Below, one piece after another: positions 61,417 to 63,279 of a stretch of DNA of 63,279 nucleotides. The number at the start of each line of letters is the position of its first letter. Position 1 is the stretch's first letter. The DNA is from a virus. The stretch lies in the IMG/VR virus record IMGVR_UViG_3300009415_000003; one strand, 5' to 3'. Under the pieces are notes generated by a model. That model saw only the letters and a list, made by a program, of their open reading frames with translations, did no database searches and was not told the origin of the DNA. The translations under genes and the position numbers were made by a program.

Positions 61417-62463
61417 TTAATAGGCATAGTTCATATTATCATACCTTAATAAATCATAGTCATGTAAATCCTTAGTAATAAACCGCCTAACTCGATAGAC
61501 CTCATTCTGAGTCAATGTATCTGTTAATGATATACCTTCTTTAATGCTACCATCCCAGTGAGCTTTAATGAACTTGTACATAGTCGTCTCAATACAATCA
61601 GTACCAAAACAAGGCGCATCCGATGCATTCCATAATCTCGGAACCAATACGCTGTCCATCTGACTTGATAAACTTGGCTGCATTGAGTTAGACGTATGGC
61701 AACTATTACACTTCTGATCGTATAGCTCCCAGTCACCGTATATCAGATTACTTTCCCCTCTGATAAACTTTGAAATGTTATTGTTATATGGTAGTAGATT
61801 CTGCTGAAAGGCTGACAAAGCACAAGCGACGACCTCAAAGATGATTGTGGTATCATATGCTGCTACTGCTAATTCATTCAAATGTATGTCGTGAGCTGCT
61901 ACTAATGTAAGGTCTGGCAAAAAGTGAGCTGATGATGCTTTGGTAACTTGGAATTCCCCTGGCACTTCTGTCTTGAAACCTGCCGATAAGACACGATCAC
62001 CATTGAATGCAATACCTAATGATGTCCTTGACTTGACTGTTTTTTCATCAACTGGAATGGCTTTTGCTGCTACTGGATCTGCACCCCAATTGATAAGAGA
62101 CTTTACATATTTACCCCTGAATTTACCACTCCCTGCGCGTAATGGTGTCAATGCATAATATCCAGCTTCAACACTATGGCAATCCTCACAAGCTGTTTTA
62201 CTTACATCTGTAGGCATGTGAAATAGAAGGTCACCAAGCTCAATGGCTGCTGATGTGTCCTTAATGGCCATTGTGGACTTGATCTCTACTTTTTTAGGTA
62301 CTTCGTATTTATATAGCTTTGATAAGTCTGACAAGGCTTCGACTTGGGTACGATCATAGAATGGCTTATCTTGTTCAGTGCAACTTGAAAAAGTGCAGCA
62401 AATTAATGCTGCACTTGTAATCAATAAGCTATATATAAAAAGACGAAATCTATCTTTATTCAT
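61417..62463 (-). CDS. Di-haem cytochrome c peroxidase / MauG-family lipoprotein
   Basis: 348 aa with lipobox ..CCTFSSC. It has two CxxCH haem motifs (CEDCH and CNSCH) in CCP-like context: LGDLLFHMP...CEDCH and ALSAFQQNLLPYNNNISKFIRGE...CNSCH. Confidence 0.7.
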   Translation of the reverse strand: MNKDRFRLFIYSLLITSAALICCTFSSCTEQDKPFYDRTQVEALSDLSKLYKYEVPKKVEIKSTMAIKDTSAAIELGDLLFHMPTDVSKTACEDCHSVEAGYYALTPLRAGSGKFRGKYVKSLINWGADPVAAKAIPVDEKTVKSRTSLGIAFNGDRVLSAGFKTEVPGEFQVTKASSAHFLPDLTLVAAHDIHLNELAVAAYDTTIIFEVVACALSAFQQNLLPYNNNISKFIRGESNLIYGDWELYDQKCNSCHTSNSMQPSLSSQMDSVLVPRLWNASDAPCFGTDCIETTMYKFIKAHWDGSIKEGISLTDTLTQNEVYRVRRFITKDLHDYDLLRYDNMNYAY

Positions 62464-62785
62464 CAGAATTTATTTTATCACAAAAAGTGCTTTCTGGAAA
62501 TTTCTCGCAAAGGAAAATATCAAGCAATTCATCTTTTAATTTTTGAGCACACCTGCATCCTAATACCTTATCTATTGCATTAATGGCAGTGGTACCTAAG
62601 CTGATGATCTCAGCTATCCCTAACGCCTCTGGACTATGTTGATACTGAGTATATGATCTATACTCATCTGGTGACATCTTCACATAAACAGAATCAGTCG
62701 GAAAATAGCCCACACTCTGAGAGTGCAGGCTTAAAACACTTAAACTAATAACTAATGATAAGACTATTAACCTTTTAATCATCAA
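62456..62785 (-). CDS. Exported small protein
   Basis: 109 aa with signal peptide ..LSVLSLHS/QS and four Cys. Confidence 0.65.
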   Translation of the reverse strand: MMIKRLIVLSLVISLSVLSLHSQSVGYFPTDSVYVKMSPDEYRSYTQYQHSPEALGIAEIISLGTTAINAIDKVLGCRCAQKLKDELLDIFLCEKFPESTFCDKINSDE

Positions 62786-63032
62786 GTAAATTATTAGCTG
62801 TTTTTAAAGCTTCTGGTTTACCTGATATGTGTCTGATGGTTCGAGATCCTAATAAAAACCCAAATGCTGTTTCTAATAGAAAGTCTGTGTATGATGCAGG
62901 ATCTAATCCTGAAATTCCACCTAATAGTTCAACTGATCCTGCCATTGCAATTACAATAAATAAATGAAGCATGGGTGAACTGGCCTTTAAGCGGTCCAAT
63001 AATTGAGCCAATACGGAATTAAGTGATGTCAT
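62775..63032 (-). CDS. Two-TM small membrane protein (holin candidate), start revised
   Basis: The track start TTG 63068 lies upstream of the promoter box. The ATG at 63032 gives 85 aa, MTSLNSVL...MLHLFIVIAMAGSVELLGGI...FLLETAFGFLLGS..., with a charged C-terminus. Confidence 0.5.
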   Translation of the reverse strand: MTSLNSVLAQLLDRLKASSPMLHLFIVIAMAGSVELLGGISGLDPASYTDFLLETAFGFLLGSRTIRHISGKPEALKTANNLLDD

Positions 63033-63054
63033 GATATTAAGATTTTTAGTTATA

Positions 63055-63062
63055 TAAATATA
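63055..63062 (-). promoter_or_regulatory. -7-like promoter box TATATTTA
   Basis: The reverse complement of taaatata, 22 nt upstream of the ATG at 63032. Confidence 0.4.
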
Positions 63063-63093
63063 CAACAAAATAGTATTACTATATTATACTATT

Positions 63094-63279
63094 TTATCGA
63101 TAGCAAACCATTTTGAAATTATCATTTACTGAATTGCCATTTTGATCTCGGAAATAAACCTTAGCATGATTATAGAAAGTCTCTACTTTATGTTCATTCC
63201 AGCTATCAGAATCAATTATACAAATAGGCTGTACTGTAAGGCTTCCTGTCGTACTCGTAAAGGGTAATCTGATATATGA
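63094..63279 (-). CDS. C-terminal part of the junction-spanning exported protein (partial at the window edge)
   Basis: Same frame as 1..354 through the repeat. It ends ...YFRDQNGNSVNDNFKMVCYR, with TAA at 63094-63096. Confidence 0.7.
   Translation of the reverse strand, partial: SYIRLPFTSTTGSLTVQPICIIDSDSWNEHKVETFYNHAKVYFRDQNGNSVNDNFKMVCYR
63157..63279. repeat. Direct terminal repeat / circular-assembly overlap, copy 2
   Basis: Identical to 1-123. Confidence 0.97.

Noticed and set aside
1-63279. CRISPR arrays, a diversity-generating retroelement, rRNA, and stop-codon reassignment
   Set aside because: I saw no regularly spaced direct repeats, no reverse-transcriptase-like ORF and no rRNA-like segments. 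Long ORFs are intact and end in TAA, TAG and TGA under the standard code.

Overview
The window is one complete phage genome that closes on itself. Bases 1-123 recur exactly at 63157-63279, giving a 63,156-bp unit. The sequence is AT-rich and densely coding. All genes are on the - strand except a ten-gene block (54145-57419) and one tRNA.

Recognisable modules:
- A divergent early promoter/operator region near 54.0 kb.
- Replication and recombination: SSB, RecT, a YqaJ-like exonuclease, MazG, a DUF4373/DnaD-like initiator, an SNF2-helicase/DNA-methyltransferase fusion and NinG.
- Packaging: a gp3-type small terminase and a large terminase.
- An Rnl1-type RNA ligase.
- Tail: a TP901-type tape measure followed by two large proteins.
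- A small-gene island (20.7-23.5 kb) carrying an initiator-type tRNA-Met(CAU).
- Head: a ClpP-like protease/scaffold, the likely capsid gene and a possible portal.

I infer a Bacteroidota host from three things: TTTG-N20-TAnnTTTG promoters, the absence of Shine-Dalgarno sequences, and signal peptides with Gln at +1 (the Bacteroidetes Q-rule). I found no integrase, CRISPR array, rRNA, reverse transcriptase or tail sheath gene.

The most unusual feature is a block of about 18 kb of late genes that spans the circular junction (58.2 kb through 63.16/0 to 13.0 kb). Nearly every ORF in it begins with a Sec signal peptide, a lipobox or a membrane anchor, and most are very cysteine-rich. The block includes:
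- a collagen-like fibre with a self-cleaving S74 chaperone domain;
- a SASA-type carbohydrate esterase;
- SprB-repeat-like adhesin paralogues;
- three tandem metzincin proteases;
- a lipoprotein di-haem cytochrome-c-peroxidase/MauG-like gene;
- a protein with an IPTL/PEP-CTERM-like sorting tail.

Secondary observations:
- Three frame breaks at homopolymer runs.
- A 20-nt box conserved upstream of three genes on both strands.
- A 92-bp duplicated regulatory region.
- A 29-bp-arm inverted repeat in the largest non-coding gap.
- A family of large-loop, GC-rich terminator-like hairpins.

All functional calls rest on motif recognition by eye. No database search was run.
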